Positions 34,829 through 44,927 of a stretch of DNA of 64,000 nt are shown here, one piece after another. The translations under genes and the position numbers were made by a program. Position 1 is the stretch's first letter. Each line of letters begins with the position of its first letter. The notes below the pieces were generated by a model. That model made no database searches. It saw only the letters and a list, made by a program, of their open reading frames with translations, and had not been told where the DNA came from. The stretch is from Acutalibacteraceae bacterium (GTDB taxonomy: Bacteria; Bacillota; Clostridia; Oscillospirales; Acutalibacteraceae): the NCBI GenBank assembly GCA_045660625.1, contig JAZREF010000026.1, positions 49,342 through 113,341 of the forward strand, given 5' to 3'.

Positions 34829-35782
34829 TCAATCACCATTCTCCGTTTCCATAGTCAGCTCGGTGCCATCCGTGTAAAATACGATATCGCCACATCTGTC
34901 CGCACGAAAATAATCGATATCGCGCTCAATCAGGCGCTGTAACGTTTGATCGTGGGGATGATTGTACTGATTGAATTCACCACAAGTAATCACCGCAAAC
35001 TCAGGATCGACGGCATCCAAGAAGGCACGAGAACTGGAGGATTTGCTGCCGTGGTGGCCCACTTTCAGCACATCCGCCTTCACGTTGAATCCCTTGGTCA
35101 TAATCTGGCGTTCAAGAGCTTCATCCGCATCACCGGTAAACATAAAGGCGCGATCACCAAACGTCAAGCGCGTCACAATCGACATATCGTTGGTCTCCTC
35201 AGACTCTTCGAAAGGAGAAAGGATCTGCACACGCGCCGTGCCCAACTCGTACACGTCACCGGGACGAGCTTCCACAATCTCCACGCCACGCTCGTCCAAC
35301 GCCTCCAACATCGATTCGTAGACGAAGGTTGTGGGTTCTGCCCCCTCAGGCATATAGGCCATCACGAACCGCTCGACCTCAATTTTCTCAATAACGGTGG
35401 ACATACCGCCGATGTGATCCGCATCCGGATGAGTCGCAATCACCAAATCCAACTTGTCAATATGATGACGATTGAGATAATCCATCACCACATCTTTGGA
35501 CGAGCGTTCGCCAGCGTCAATCAGCATATTGCGGTCTTCTTGACGCACCAGAATGCAATCCGCGTTGCCCACGTCGATAAAATGCACCTGCAATTCACCC
35601 TCGGGAACAACCGCGTCGGGTGCTAGATTTAAAAAAACGTATATGTCATTCCACCCGTTGAACGAAATGTTGGGGATTTTGCCCAACAATGTCACCAACA
35701 AGCAAATCACGACCGCACAAACGGCCAAAATCAGGCGTTTGCGTGTCTCTTTCGACAGCTTTTTACTACGTCCTTGCGCCAT
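34829..35782 (-). CDS. Membrane-anchored MBL-fold metallo-hydrolase (ComEC C-terminal-domain-like)
   Basis: N-terminal TM segment. VHFIDVGNADCILV, THPDADHIGG and KVGHHGS motifs. Confidence 0.8.
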   Translation of the reverse strand: MAQGRSKKLSKETRKRLILAVCAVVICLLVTLLGKIPNISFNGWNDIYVFLNLAPDAVVPEGELQVHFIDVGNADCILVRQEDRNMLIDAGERSSKDVVMDYLNRHHIDKLDLVIATHPDADHIGGMSTVIEKIEVERFVMAYMPEGAEPTTFVYESMLEALDERGVEIVEARPGDVYELGTARVQILSPFEESEETNDMSIVTRLTFGDRAFMFTGDADEALERQIMTKGFNVKADVLKVGHHGSKSSSSRAFLDAVDPEFAVITCGEFNQYNHPHDQTLQRLIERDIDYFRADRCGDIVFYTDGTELTMETENGD

Positions 35783-35802
35783 AAAACAGACCTCTCAACA
35801 GA

Positions 35803-38241
35803 TTATTCCGTCTCGTTGTTCATACTCATTTCGATCCACTGCTGACGGGTAATCAGCACCTTGCGCGGCTTACTGCCCTCGCTGGGGCCGATGATGCCTC
35901 GCTGCTCCATCTGATCGATAATACGACCGGCACGAGCATAGCCAAAGCGCAGTTTGCGCTGCAACATCGAGGTAGAGATGCTGCCCGCCTCCACGGCAAT
36001 CTCAATGGCCTGAGGCAACGCTTCATCCGTCTCATCGCCTTCGTCATCGTCATCGCGACCGGCCGATTTACCGGCAGATGCCGCCTGCTTCTCAATCTCC
36101 TCCATCACCTGCTGGTCATACTCTTGCTCCTGACCACCATTCTTGAGGAAATCAATGACACGCTCAATCTCTTGGTTAGAAACGTAGCAGCCCTGCACAC
36201 GCAGAGGCTTCGCCTGACCAACGGGCATAAACAGCATATCGCCGTTACCCAACAGTTTCTCAGCGCCAACGCCGTCCAAAATGGTACGGCTATCGACGCC
36301 GCTGGCCACAGTCAGAGCCAAACGACTGGGGATGTTACCCTTAATCAAGCCGGTGATGACGTCAACAGAGGGACGCTGAGTCGCGATCACCATATGCATA
36401 CCGGCGGCACGGGCCATCTGTGCCAGACGGCAGATGGAGTCTTCCACCTCGTTGCCTGCCGCCATCATCAGGTCGGCCAACTCGTCAATCACAATCATAA
36501 TCAGCGGCAGAGGCGGGAATTTGCCGTCACGACGGGCCAATTCGTTGTAGTCGCCAATGTCGCGCGCCTTTGCATCCGCAAACATCTGGTAACGCTTGAG
36601 CATCTCATTCACTGCCCAGCCCAGAGCAGCGGCCGCCTTACGAGGATCGGTCACCACGGGAATCAGCAGGTGCGGAATACCGTTATAAACGCCAAATTCG
36701 ACCTTCTTGGGGTCGATCAAAATCATTTTGACCTCATCGGGACGCGCGCGGAACAGCACCGACTGAATCATCGAGTTGGTGCACACCGACTTACCAGAAC
36801 CGGTGGTACCCGCAATCAGCAGGTGCGGCATCTTCGCCAGATCCGCCATCACCAGACGGCCCTCGATATCCTGACCCAATGCAACTGTCAACTTGCCCTT
36901 TGCAGAGCGATACTCGGAAGTATCCAGCAGAGAGCGCAATTTGACCGTGCGGCGCGCCTTGTTCGGCACCTCGATACCCACAGCCGCCTTATTGGGGATG
37001 GGAGCCTCGATACGCACGCCCGTCGTCGCCAAACGCAGGGCAATATCATCGGACAGACCGGTGATACGGCTGATTTTCACGCCGGCGCTGGGTACCAACT
37101 CATAACGAGTGACAGAAGGACCGCAGGTCACATCGCCCAGCTCGGTGCTGATGCCGAAATCCTTCAGCGTATTCACCAGCAACTTGCCGGTGGCCATACG
37201 ATCGCCGTCCTGCAGGCGCGCATCCTCACCGGCGGCGCCACGATCCAGCAGAGTCAACGGAGGATAGTGATAGATTACTTCCTGGACAGGCTCCTCTTCG
37301 GCCATCTCCAGTTCTTCTTTCAATTCCTTCTCCGCCTCTTCTGCGGTCATCATCTCTTCTTCCGACTCGTCATTGGCGGCGTCATCCAACGCCACGCCGG
37401 CGCGCTGCAACGCATCCAACTTATCGGAATCCACGCTTACGGGAGCATCGACAGAAATATCGGGCGGCGCAAAGGTGTCCACGGATACCGACTCCACCTC
37501 AGGTTCTGCGGTCGGCTCATCCTTCTTGGTCTGACGGCGGCGGCGACCATAGCCCTCGCCCATATCCACGTCAATTTCTTTACTCCGCTCCTTGCGAATA
37601 CGATCCGACGTGGCGGTAATGGCGGTTTCAATCGACTCTTTCGTCTTCTCCACCGGCTTCTTCATCGTGCGAATCACCGACAGCAAAGTGGTGCCGGTAA
37701 TCAACATCAAGAATACAACCGTCGAGAGAATCAGCACAATGGCGGCACCGGTATCACCGAACAGTTTCTCCACGGGCCAGCCCAACAACACGCCGATCAC
37801 GCCGCTGCCACGATAAGACTGGCCGCGCTCAAAGCAGAGCTTCATCGCATCCGCAAAGCTATAACCAGAGGAACTCACCGTGCAAGAATAGATCGAGCTA
37901 TTCAGCAAAAGCGCGAACACACCACTCTGCCACACGCGGGTGCGGATATTGGCCGCATCCTTCTCCAGCGCCAGCATAATGGACACAAATGCCATCAGCA
38001 CCGGCAAAACGCAGGCGCTAAAGCTCAATAAACCAAGCAGCGTATTATGTAACCACGTCCACAGGAATTCTCCCTTGATAACCGACATGCAGAAAACCAA
38101 GATCGACACCGCTAACAAAATCAGCGCGTAAATCTGCTGCTGAGCATCCTGCTGCGCACGGGTAGAATGCTGCGCCGCCTTACGCGACGTCGTGCGCTTA
38201 GAAGAACTCTTTTTACGCAACACTTTCTTCTTCGTAGCCAT
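35803..38241 (-). CDS. ftsK: DNA translocase FtsK/SpoIIIE
   Basis: N-terminal TM segments, an acidic linker, motor domain GTTGSGKSV / VIDELADL, and a C-terminal gamma winged helix (LQRKLRFGYARAGRIIDQME). Confidence 0.9.
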   Translation of the reverse strand: MATKKKVLRKKSSSKRTTSRKAAQHSTRAQQDAQQQIYALILLAVSILVFCMSVIKGEFLWTWLHNTLLGLLSFSACVLPVLMAFVSIMLALEKDAANIRTRVWQSGVFALLLNSSIYSCTVSSSGYSFADAMKLCFERGQSYRGSGVIGVLLGWPVEKLFGDTGAAIVLILSTVVFLMLITGTTLLSVIRTMKKPVEKTKESIETAITATSDRIRKERSKEIDVDMGEGYGRRRRQTKKDEPTAEPEVESVSVDTFAPPDISVDAPVSVDSDKLDALQRAGVALDDAANDESEEEMMTAEEAEKELKEELEMAEEEPVQEVIYHYPPLTLLDRGAAGEDARLQDGDRMATGKLLVNTLKDFGISTELGDVTCGPSVTRYELVPSAGVKISRITGLSDDIALRLATTGVRIEAPIPNKAAVGIEVPNKARRTVKLRSLLDTSEYRSAKGKLTVALGQDIEGRLVMADLAKMPHLLIAGTTGSGKSVCTNSMIQSVLFRARPDEVKMILIDPKKVEFGVYNGIPHLLIPVVTDPRKAAAALGWAVNEMLKRYQMFADAKARDIGDYNELARRDGKFPPLPLIMIVIDELADLMMAAGNEVEDSICRLAQMARAAGMHMVIATQRPSVDVITGLIKGNIPSRLALTVASGVDSRTILDGVGAEKLLGNGDMLFMPVGQAKPLRVQGCYVSNQEIERVIDFLKNGGQEQEYDQQVMEEIEKQAASAGKSAGRDDDDEGDETDEALPQAIEIAVEAGSISTSMLQRKLRFGYARAGRIIDQMEQRGIIGPSEGSKPRKVLITRQQWIEMSMNNETE

Positions 38242-38288
38242 TTATGTATCCTCCATCAATCAAAAATCTTTGCCATATGTAACGCCCG

Positions 38289-39002
38289 TTACGGGCTAAC
38301 TTTACCTTTGTCAATCAACGCATAAAGGGCATCTAACGCCTCGTGCAAGGAGCCTAAACGATCGATCAAACCCTCACCCACCGCTTCGACACCGTCCAAA
38401 ATGCTGCCAACGTCCGTAACCAATTCGCCGGTATTCATACACAGCTCACGAAATCGTTCGGCAGACATACGCGAATGCGAGCAAACAAAATCAACGATGC
38501 GATCCTGCATACGCTGAAAGTGGGTGAATGCCTGCGGCACCCCCAACACTAATCCGTTCACCCTGACGGGATGAATGGTCATCGTGGCCGAAGGAACCAT
38601 AAAGGAACAATCAGCCGCCACAGCCAACGGGACACCGATGGAATGTCCACCACCCAGCACCAAGGAAACTGTGGGCTTGTCCAACCCAGCAATCAATTCC
38701 GCCAAGGCTAACCCTGCCTCGATATCCCCACCTACGGTGTTCAAAATCAAGAGCAACCCATCAATTTCCGGACTTTCTTCCACGGCTATCAACTGCGGAA
38801 TCATATGCTCGTATTTGGTGGATTTCGTCTCCGGCGGCAAGGTGTAATGTCCCTCGATCTGACCGACGATTGTCATGCAGTGTATCCGATAGCGTCCATT
38901 GTCGGTAATCACCGATCCGGTGTCCTCAATCAGTTGCATACACTGGTCTAAAGAAGTCGTTTTTTCATCCGTCGTCGACTCCATCTGCTGCGCGTCACTC
39001 AT
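38289..39002 (-). CDS. tepA: ClpP-family protein, TepA-like
   Basis: IVGQIEGH..TKYEHMIPQLIAVEE..LNTVGGDIEAGLA..GGGHSIGVP..TMTIHPVR closely parallels B. subtilis TepA. ATG 39002 follows GGGGTGA. The track N-terminal extension crosses a terminator and a promoter. Confidence 0.75.
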   Translation of the reverse strand: MSDAQQMESTTDEKTTSLDQCMQLIEDTGSVITDNGRYRIHCMTIVGQIEGHYTLPPETKSTKYEHMIPQLIAVEESPEIDGLLLILNTVGGDIEAGLALAELIAGLDKPTVSLVLGGGHSIGVPLAVAADCSFMVPSATMTIHPVRVNGLVLGVPQAFTHFQRMQDRIVDFVCSHSRMSAERFRELCMNTGELVTDVGSILDGVEAVGEGLIDRLGSLHEALDALYALIDKGKVSP

Positions 39003-39056
39003 TCCATCACCCCGCCATAGTATACGACGACACAATAGAAATATGTAACCAATGTA

Positions 39057-39085
39057 ATTATAACGCAATATCTTGTGGTTTTCAA
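39057..39085 (-). promoter_or_regulatory. Sigma-A-type promoter for tepA-like/ftsK operon
   Basis: On the minus strand: TTGAAA, 17-nt spacer, TATAAT. Confidence 0.55.
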
Positions 39086-39090
39086 GTATA

Positions 39091-39124
39091 AAATAGAAAA
39101 GAGCGCAGATATCCATCTGCGCTC
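39091..39124 (-). terminator. Terminator after nfnB
   Basis: GAGCGCAGAT-atcc-ATCTGCGCTC with a T-tract on the minus strand. Confidence 0.7.
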
Positions 39125-39135
39125 TTTATGTTGCA

Positions 39136-40530
39136 TTATTCTTTGTCGCCACTCATATACTTGTCCATGGCGGCGGCGGCGGTTTTACCCGCTCCCATAG
39201 CCAGAATCACAGTGGCCGCACCGGTGACGGCATCACCACCAGCAAACACACCGGGACGGCTGGTGGCGCCTTCTGCATCCGTCACAACACCGCCAAACGA
39301 CTGCGTATCCAAACCGTTTGTCGTGGATTTGATCAACGGATTGGGCGAGGTACCGATCGCCATAATGACCGTATCGGCATCGATGACGAAGTCGCTGTTT
39401 TCCTTCACAACGGGTCTGCGGCGACCGGAGGCATCGGGCTCACCCAACGCCATCTCGACACAACGCACGCCTGCCACGCAACGATTCTCATCCGCCAGGA
39501 TTTCCACAGGGTTCGAGAGGAATCGGAACACGATTCCCTCCTCCATGGCGTGCTCGACCTCTTCGGCGCGGGCGGGCAGTTCTTCGGCGGAGCGGCGATA
39601 AACAATCGTCACCTCATCCGCGCCCAAACGCAACGCGCAACGCGCCGCATCCATAGCCACGTTGCCGCCGCCAACCACAACCACACGACGACCGGAATGG
39701 ATCGGGGTCGGATTGTCGGGCAGATACGCCTTCATCAAATTCACGCGGGTCAAGAACTCGTTGGCGGAATAGACGCCGCCCAAGTTCTCGCCGGGTATGT
39801 TCATAAAGCGGGGCAAACCGGCACCGGTACCGATGAACACGGTCTCGAAGCCCTGCTCTTCCATCAACTCGTCAATCGACAGAACGCGACCGATCACCAT
39901 ATTGGTCATCAGGCGCAAGCCCTGCTCCTGCAAGCGACAGATTTCCTGCTGAACGATGGACTTAGGCAAACGGAACTCGGGAATACCATACACCAACACA
40001 CCGCCAGCCGTATGCAGAGCCTCGAACATCGTTACGTCGTAACCCATACGCAGCAAATCGCCGGCACAGGCCAGTCCGGCAGGGCCGGAACCGATCACCG
40101 CCGCGCGATGGCCGTTACGCGCCATCTCCGCGGAAGCGCCGCTCTGCTGGGCATTGTGCCAATCCGCCACAAACCGCTCTAAGCGGCCAATGGCCACCGG
40201 TTCACCGTTCTTTCCGCGAACACAACGACTCTCACACTGGCTCTCCTGCGGGCACACGCGGCCGCACACCGCCGGCAAGGAACTGCTGCGCGAAATCACC
40301 TCGAATGCGGCCTCAAAATTGCCCTTGGCCACCTCTGCAATAAAGGCGGGAATATCCACCTGCACAGGGCAACCGCCCGTACAGGGCTTGTGCTTACATT
40401 GTAGGCAACGCCCTGCCTCTTCGATAGCCTGCTCGGGCGTATATCCCGTAGTAACCTCAAAAAAGTCGCGGCGACGCTGCTCTGGGGCGCGAGTAGGCAT
40501 AGGCATTTTGTTAGGAGACAAATTGGCCAT
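39136..40530 (-). CDS. nfnB: NADH-dependent reduced ferredoxin:NADP oxidoreductase large subunit (GltD-like)
   Basis: Start at MANLSPNK. Two Fe-S Cys clusters (CLQCKHKPC..GCP; CGRVCPQESQCE), two Rossmann motifs GSGPAGL / VVGGGNVAMD, and pairing with a small FAD/NAD subunit. Confidence 0.7.
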   Translation of the reverse strand: MANLSPNKMPMPTRAPEQRRRDFFEVTTGYTPEQAIEEAGRCLQCKHKPCTGGCPVQVDIPAFIAEVAKGNFEAAFEVISRSSSLPAVCGRVCPQESQCESRCVRGKNGEPVAIGRLERFVADWHNAQQSGASAEMARNGHRAAVIGSGPAGLACAGDLLRMGYDVTMFEALHTAGGVLVYGIPEFRLPKSIVQQEICRLQEQGLRLMTNMVIGRVLSIDELMEEQGFETVFIGTGAGLPRFMNIPGENLGGVYSANEFLTRVNLMKAYLPDNPTPIHSGRRVVVVGGGNVAMDAARCALRLGADEVTIVYRRSAEELPARAEEVEHAMEEGIVFRFLSNPVEILADENRCVAGVRCVEMALGEPDASGRRRPVVKENSDFVIDADTVIMAIGTSPNPLIKSTTNGLDTQSFGGVVTDAEGATSRPGVFAGGDAVTGAATVILAMGAGKTAAAAMDKYMSGDKE

Positions 40531-40531
40531 A

Positions 40532-41374
40532 TTATCGCACCTCCTGACCGAACAGATTACAGGCACGCTCATAGGCGTGACGCTCCTGTTCGCGATACAG
40601 ACGGCTGCGCTCCATCGCCTCATCAAAATCAACCTGATGGCCGTCAAATTCAGGGCCGTCCACACAAGCGAAGCGCGTCTTACCACCCACGGTCAAGCGG
40701 CAACCGCCGCACATACCGGTACCGTCTATCATCACGGGATTCATGCTCACCACAGTCTTGATGCCGTATTCTTTGGTCAGCAGACTGACAAATTTCATCA
40801 TCGGTAGAGGGCCAATCGCGATGACTTCATCGTACACTTCGCCGGATTCAATCAAGCGACGCAACGCCTCGGTCACCAGTCCCTTTTCACCATAAGAACC
40901 GTCATCGGTCATCACGAACAAGCGGTCGCTGACGGCAGCAAACTCATCCTGCAGAATGACCAGGTCGCTGTTACGGTAACCCACGACGCAGTGCACCTCG
41001 GCACCCTGCTCGTGCAGTTTCTTAGCCACAGGATAGGCGATGGCCGTACCGACACCGCCACCGATCACCGCCACCTTCTTCAGGCCTTCGGTTTCGGTTG
41101 CGCGACCAAGAGGGCCCACAAAATCCTGCAGGCACTCCCCTACCGACATATAACTCAAGGCCAGCGTGGTAGCGCCGGCGATTTGGAAAATAATAGTAAT
41201 CGTGCCGGCTGCGCGGTCGTAGTCAGCAACCGTCAGCGGAATGCGCTCGCCATCCTCCGACACACGCAGAATCACAAACTGACCGGCCTGCGCCTTGGCG
41301 GCTACCAGCGGTGCTTTGATCACCATCCGCACCACGGCAGGACACAAAATTTCTTTTTGCAAAATCTTGAACAA
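40532..41374 (-). CDS. nfnA: NfnA-type sulfide/dihydroorotate dehydrogenase-like FAD/NAD-binding subunit
   Basis: (M)FKILQKE start at TTG 41374 (the track GTG is 41380), RIPLTV flavin motif, GGGVGTA motif, and C-terminal 2Fe-2S Cys (CGGCR..C). Confidence 0.7.
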   Translation of the reverse strand: MFKILQKEILCPAVVRMVIKAPLVAAKAQAGQFVILRVSEDGERIPLTVADYDRAAGTITIIFQIAGATTLALSYMSVGECLQDFVGPLGRATETEGLKKVAVIGGGVGTAIAYPVAKKLHEQGAEVHCVVGYRNSDLVILQDEFAAVSDRLFVMTDDGSYGEKGLVTEALRRLIESGEVYDEVIAIGPLPMMKFVSLLTKEYGIKTVVSMNPVMIDGTGMCGGCRLTVGGKTRFACVDGPEFDGHQVDFDEAMERSRLYREQERHAYERACNLFGQEVR

Positions 41375-41399
41375 ACGCACTCACTCTTTCTGTCACATA

Positions 41400-42608
41400 T
41401 CATCGGCTCGACTGATGTCTTTGCAACATCAGCAAGCCTATAATCAACAACATCGGGAACGCCATACACACCGCGAAACCACCACGCATAGCCGCCGCAG
41501 AAACCCAAGCCGATGCGGTCAACCGATCAGTTACCGCACCAACCAGCATCGGCGCCGTCGCGCAGCCGACATCACCACACAATGCCAAGACGGCGAACAT
41601 AGAGGTGCCACCGGACGGGAAGCGCGCCGAGCTCAAGCTGAGCATACCGGGCCACATCGGGCCGATACACCAGCCACACAAGCAAAATCCCAGCAGCGAA
41701 ACAACCGCATTCGGCACGAATACAATGACAGCGTAACTGACCAGACAACCAATGGCGTGCCAAATCAGCAAACGGCGCGGATCACGCCGACGGGTCATAC
41801 GCGCAAACGACACACGAGACAGACCCTGAAACACGGCGAAAGCGCAAGGCCCCAGCAAATCGCCGACCGCTTTGGGAATGCCCAGGTTATGCTCGGCGAA
41901 AAAGGACGCCCATTGGGCGGGTGCCAGCTCCGCCGCACCGGAAAACAACATCAGCGCCATCAACAGCCAAAACAAGCTAAACCGCATCACCGAAGAAGCC
42001 GTAGAATCGGTTTGTATCTCCTCAGGTTTAGGAGGGATGGGCACCAACATGAACATAAGCGCCGTCAACACGGGAACCTGCGCCCATAGCAGCACCAACA
42101 AACGCCAGTGCTCAACACCAACCCATACGAAAAACAAGGTTGAAAGCGCAATAACAGCCACCACGCCCCAACAGTAGAAGGAATGGAGGAGGCTCATCTC
42201 CCCCACCTTGCCCTCTTCGGGAATGGCATCCACCATCGGACTGATCAATACCTCAATTAAGCCTCCGCCAATTGAAAACAAAGCGGCGGATACCAGCACG
42301 CCCACATACGGATTGGACATCCGCGCAGGCAATATGCATAGCAAAACCAAGCCCAAAGCAGATACGGAAAAAGCAACGACACTGCCAGTCCGATAGGACA
42401 TAAACTTGCCGAATCTAGCCGCCAGCAAATCCACAACGATTTGGATCACAAACAGGAGCGTCGCCAAAAAGCCAAGTTGCGACAAAGTAACCGAAAATTC
42501 ATTCTGAAATCTCAGATAGAGCAACGGCAACAAATTAATGGATATCGCCTGTGTGATGTATCCCAAATAACAAGCAACCTTAGTTCTCTTGTACGAAACT
42601 CGGCTCAT
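41400..42608 (-). CDS. MFS transporter
   Basis: 402 aa with about 12 TM segments and MFS-like loop motifs. It ends only about 20 nt upstream of nfnA. Confidence 0.75.
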   Translation of the reverse strand: MSRVSYKRTKVACYLGYITQAISINLLPLLYLRFQNEFSVTLSQLGFLATLLFVIQIVVDLLAARFGKFMSYRTGSVVAFSVSALGLVLLCILPARMSNPYVGVLVSAALFSIGGGLIEVLISPMVDAIPEEGKVGEMSLLHSFYCWGVVAVIALSTLFFVWVGVEHWRLLVLLWAQVPVLTALMFMLVPIPPKPEEIQTDSTASSVMRFSLFWLLMALMLFSGAAELAPAQWASFFAEHNLGIPKAVGDLLGPCAFAVFQGLSRVSFARMTRRRDPRRLLIWHAIGCLVSYAVIVFVPNAVVSLLGFCLCGWCIGPMWPGMLSLSSARFPSGGTSMFAVLALCGDVGCATAPMLVGAVTDRLTASAWVSAAAMRGGFAVCMAFPMLLIIGLLMLQRHQSSR

Positions 42609-42717
42609 AGTGACGCTCCCATTCCCCTAATCTTGTATAGTCTACCAGTTATTGCGGTAAAAAGCAACCGCTCACACCGGAATTTTTACAAAATTTCCGT
42701 CTTTTTGAAGGATGTCG

Positions 42718-42746
42718 TTGCATTTTCGCCCTTTTGGGTCTATAAT
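42718..42746 (+). promoter_or_regulatory. Sigma-A-type promoter for mtaB operon
   Basis: TTGCAT, 17-nt spacer, TATAAT. Confidence 0.55.
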
Positions 42747-42783
42747 GTATAATTGAGTTTTTATACGATACGAGGAAACTGCT

Positions 42784-44073
42784 ATGTTAGTTGCTTTTCA
42801 CACCGCCGGATGCAAGGTGAATCAATATGAAACCCAGGCTATGCGTCGCCAACTTGAATTGGCCGGTTACGAAACCTGTGAATATGTGCCCGAGCAGACC
42901 CGCGCCGACGCGCTGGTCATCAATTCCTGCACCGTGACCGGAGAGAGCGACCGCAAGCTGCGCCAATTTTTGCGGCGTTGCCGTCGCGACCTCCCCGATG
43001 GCGTTATCATCCTGTGTGGTTGTATGTCCCAGGCGTATCCCGACGCAGCCTTCGCGCTGCCTGAGGTGGATATCGTACTGGGCAACGCCGTCCGCAGCGA
43101 TCTGTTGCCTAAGTTAGAGGAATACTTGGCGGAGAAGCAGCGCATTTGCTGCGTGCCGCCCCATACCGCGGTCTATGAAGAGATGGAAATCGATGCGTTC
43201 CAAGGCCGCACCCGCGCCTTTGTCAAAATTCAAGACGGTTGCAACCGTTTCTGTTCCTACTGCATCATCCCCTACGCCCGCGGCCGTGTACGCTCTCGCA
43301 AGCCTGAGGATATCACGTCGGAATTGACCCGATTGGCTGCTAACGGCTATAAAGAGGTGGTATTGGTAGGCATCAACCTGACCGCCTACGGTCAGGATTG
43401 TAACCTGACCATAGCCGACGCCGTGGACGCCGCGTGCGCGGTAGAGGGCATTGAACGGGTTCGCTTGGGTTCTTTGGAACCGGATTTCATCACCGACGAC
43501 GTCATCGCCCGTATGAAGGCGCAACCCAAACTGTGCCCTCAGTTCCATCTGGCTCTGCAAAGCGGATGCAACGCCACCCTCAAACGTATGAATCGCCATT
43601 ACACTACCGAGGAATACGCCGATTTGTGCGCTCGTCTCCGACATCATTTCCCCGATTGTGCCATCACCACCGACATTATGGTAGGATTCCCCGGGGAAAC
43701 CCAAGAGGAGTTCGAGGAAACCTGCCGATTTATGGAATCCATCGCGTTTGCCCAGGCTCACGTATTTGCCTATTCCCGTCGTGCCGGCACCAGAGCCGAT
43801 CGTATGCCCGATCAGGTGGATAACAGCGAAAAAAGAACGCGTAGCAAAGCCATGCAGACCATCTGCAACCGCAGTGCCAACACCTATGCCGAGCGGTATG
43901 TTGGGCAGATTGTCAACGTGCTGCTGGAAACGCCTTATCCCGACGGCATCACCGATGGCCACACCGATACGTATCTGACGGTTATGGTAAAGACCACCAA
44001 GCCAGAGGGAACCATTATCCCCGTTAAAATCACCGCCTGCAAAGCCGGTTCGCTCTACGGCGAAGAAGCCTAA
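42784..44073 (+). CDS. mtaB: tRNA t6A37 methylthiotransferase (MiaB-like, MtaB type)
   Basis: N-terminal GCKVNQYE, radical SAM CNRFCSYCIIP, and a TRAM-like C-terminus. Confidence 0.8.
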   Translation: MLVAFHTAGCKVNQYETQAMRRQLELAGYETCEYVPEQTRADALVINSCTVTGESDRKLRQFLRRCRRDLPDGVIILCGCMSQAYPDAAFALPEVDIVLGNAVRSDLLPKLEEYLAEKQRICCVPPHTAVYEEMEIDAFQGRTRAFVKIQDGCNRFCSYCIIPYARGRVRSRKPEDITSELTRLAANGYKEVVLVGINLTAYGQDCNLTIADAVDAACAVEGIERVRLGSLEPDFITDDVIARMKAQPKLCPQFHLALQSGCNATLKRMNRHYTTEEYADLCARLRHHFPDCAITTDIMVGFPGETQEEFEETCRFMESIAFAQAHVFAYSRRAGTRADRMPDQVDNSEKRTRSKAMQTICNRSANTYAERYVGQIVNVLLETPYPDGITDGHTDTYLTVMVKTTKPEGTIIPVKITACKAGSLYGEEA

Positions 44074-44099
44074 CATCACCACGAAAGGAGGCGTCAACG

Positions 44100-44900
44100 A
44101 TGCCGTTATACTTCACGAAACCACGGCGTTGGCCGCCTTCTAAACCGGTTCAGTATGCCGTGTCGGTCATCGCCATACTGGCTGCCCTTGCTTTGCTAAT
44201 CACCTGGCTGGCACTCGGCTTTGGCGGCAATGATGCGACGCAAAGCGACTCCACCACCGACGGCACCGAAAAGCCCGTCGTTTTACCGGATTCTGCCTAC
44301 TGTATGGTGATTATCAAAGATGTGGGATACGAGCGCTTTGCCTTAGTCGAGAGCGACCCCAACGGCGGCGTCATTGAGATTACGCCCATGTCCCCCACAA
44401 CTGAGTTTAACGGCACTGCCCTGGCGAATATTTTGCAGAAACAAGGCCCTATCGGCGTGACAAAGGCGATTGCGGCGTTGACCAATCTGCCTGTGAGTCA
44501 CTATCTGTCCTTCTCCATCGCCAACGCGGAAAACTTTTTCACGAAGTTGGGCGAAAATCTCTCCTTCACCCTGTCCGAAGAAATCGCTTATAAGGACGAC
44601 AACGGCGCCACAGTGCGACTGCGAGCCGAATCGTTGCAATTGACCCCAAAACAGATCGCGGCGTTGCTTCAATATCAGCAGTGGGAAAACGCCCAAGCAT
44701 ACGACACCATCTGTGCCGAAATCACGGCGGCGGTAATCAACCAATGCTTGATGCCCGACCGCTCTCTTAAAGGGTATTTTGAACTACTCTCCAACCACGC
44801 ATCTACCGATTTGCGCATCGATCATTTCAATGCTTATCAAACCGGATTGGAACACCTCGCATCCGTCAACGACGGCAAGATAGCCGTTATCTCGAACTAA
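44100..44900 (+). CDS. Membrane-anchored hypothetical protein (weak, degenerate LytR/CpsA/Psr-like pattern)
   Basis: AAGGAGG RBS, one N-terminal TM segment, extracellular domain. Only a loose LCP-like pattern (…LPVSHYLSF…), with no catalytic Arg motifs recognised. Confidence 0.5.
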   Translation: MPLYFTKPRRWPPSKPVQYAVSVIAILAALALLITWLALGFGGNDATQSDSTTDGTEKPVVLPDSAYCMVIIKDVGYERFALVESDPNGGVIEITPMSPTTEFNGTALANILQKQGPIGVTKAIAALTNLPVSHYLSFSIANAENFFTKLGENLSFTLSEEIAYKDDNGATVRLRAESLQLTPKQIAALLQYQQWENAQAYDTICAEITAAVINQCLMPDRSLKGYFELLSNHASTDLRIDHFNAYQTGLEHLASVNDGKIAVISN

Positions 44901-44927
44901 TACCATCCCCATCGTATAGGAGTAGCT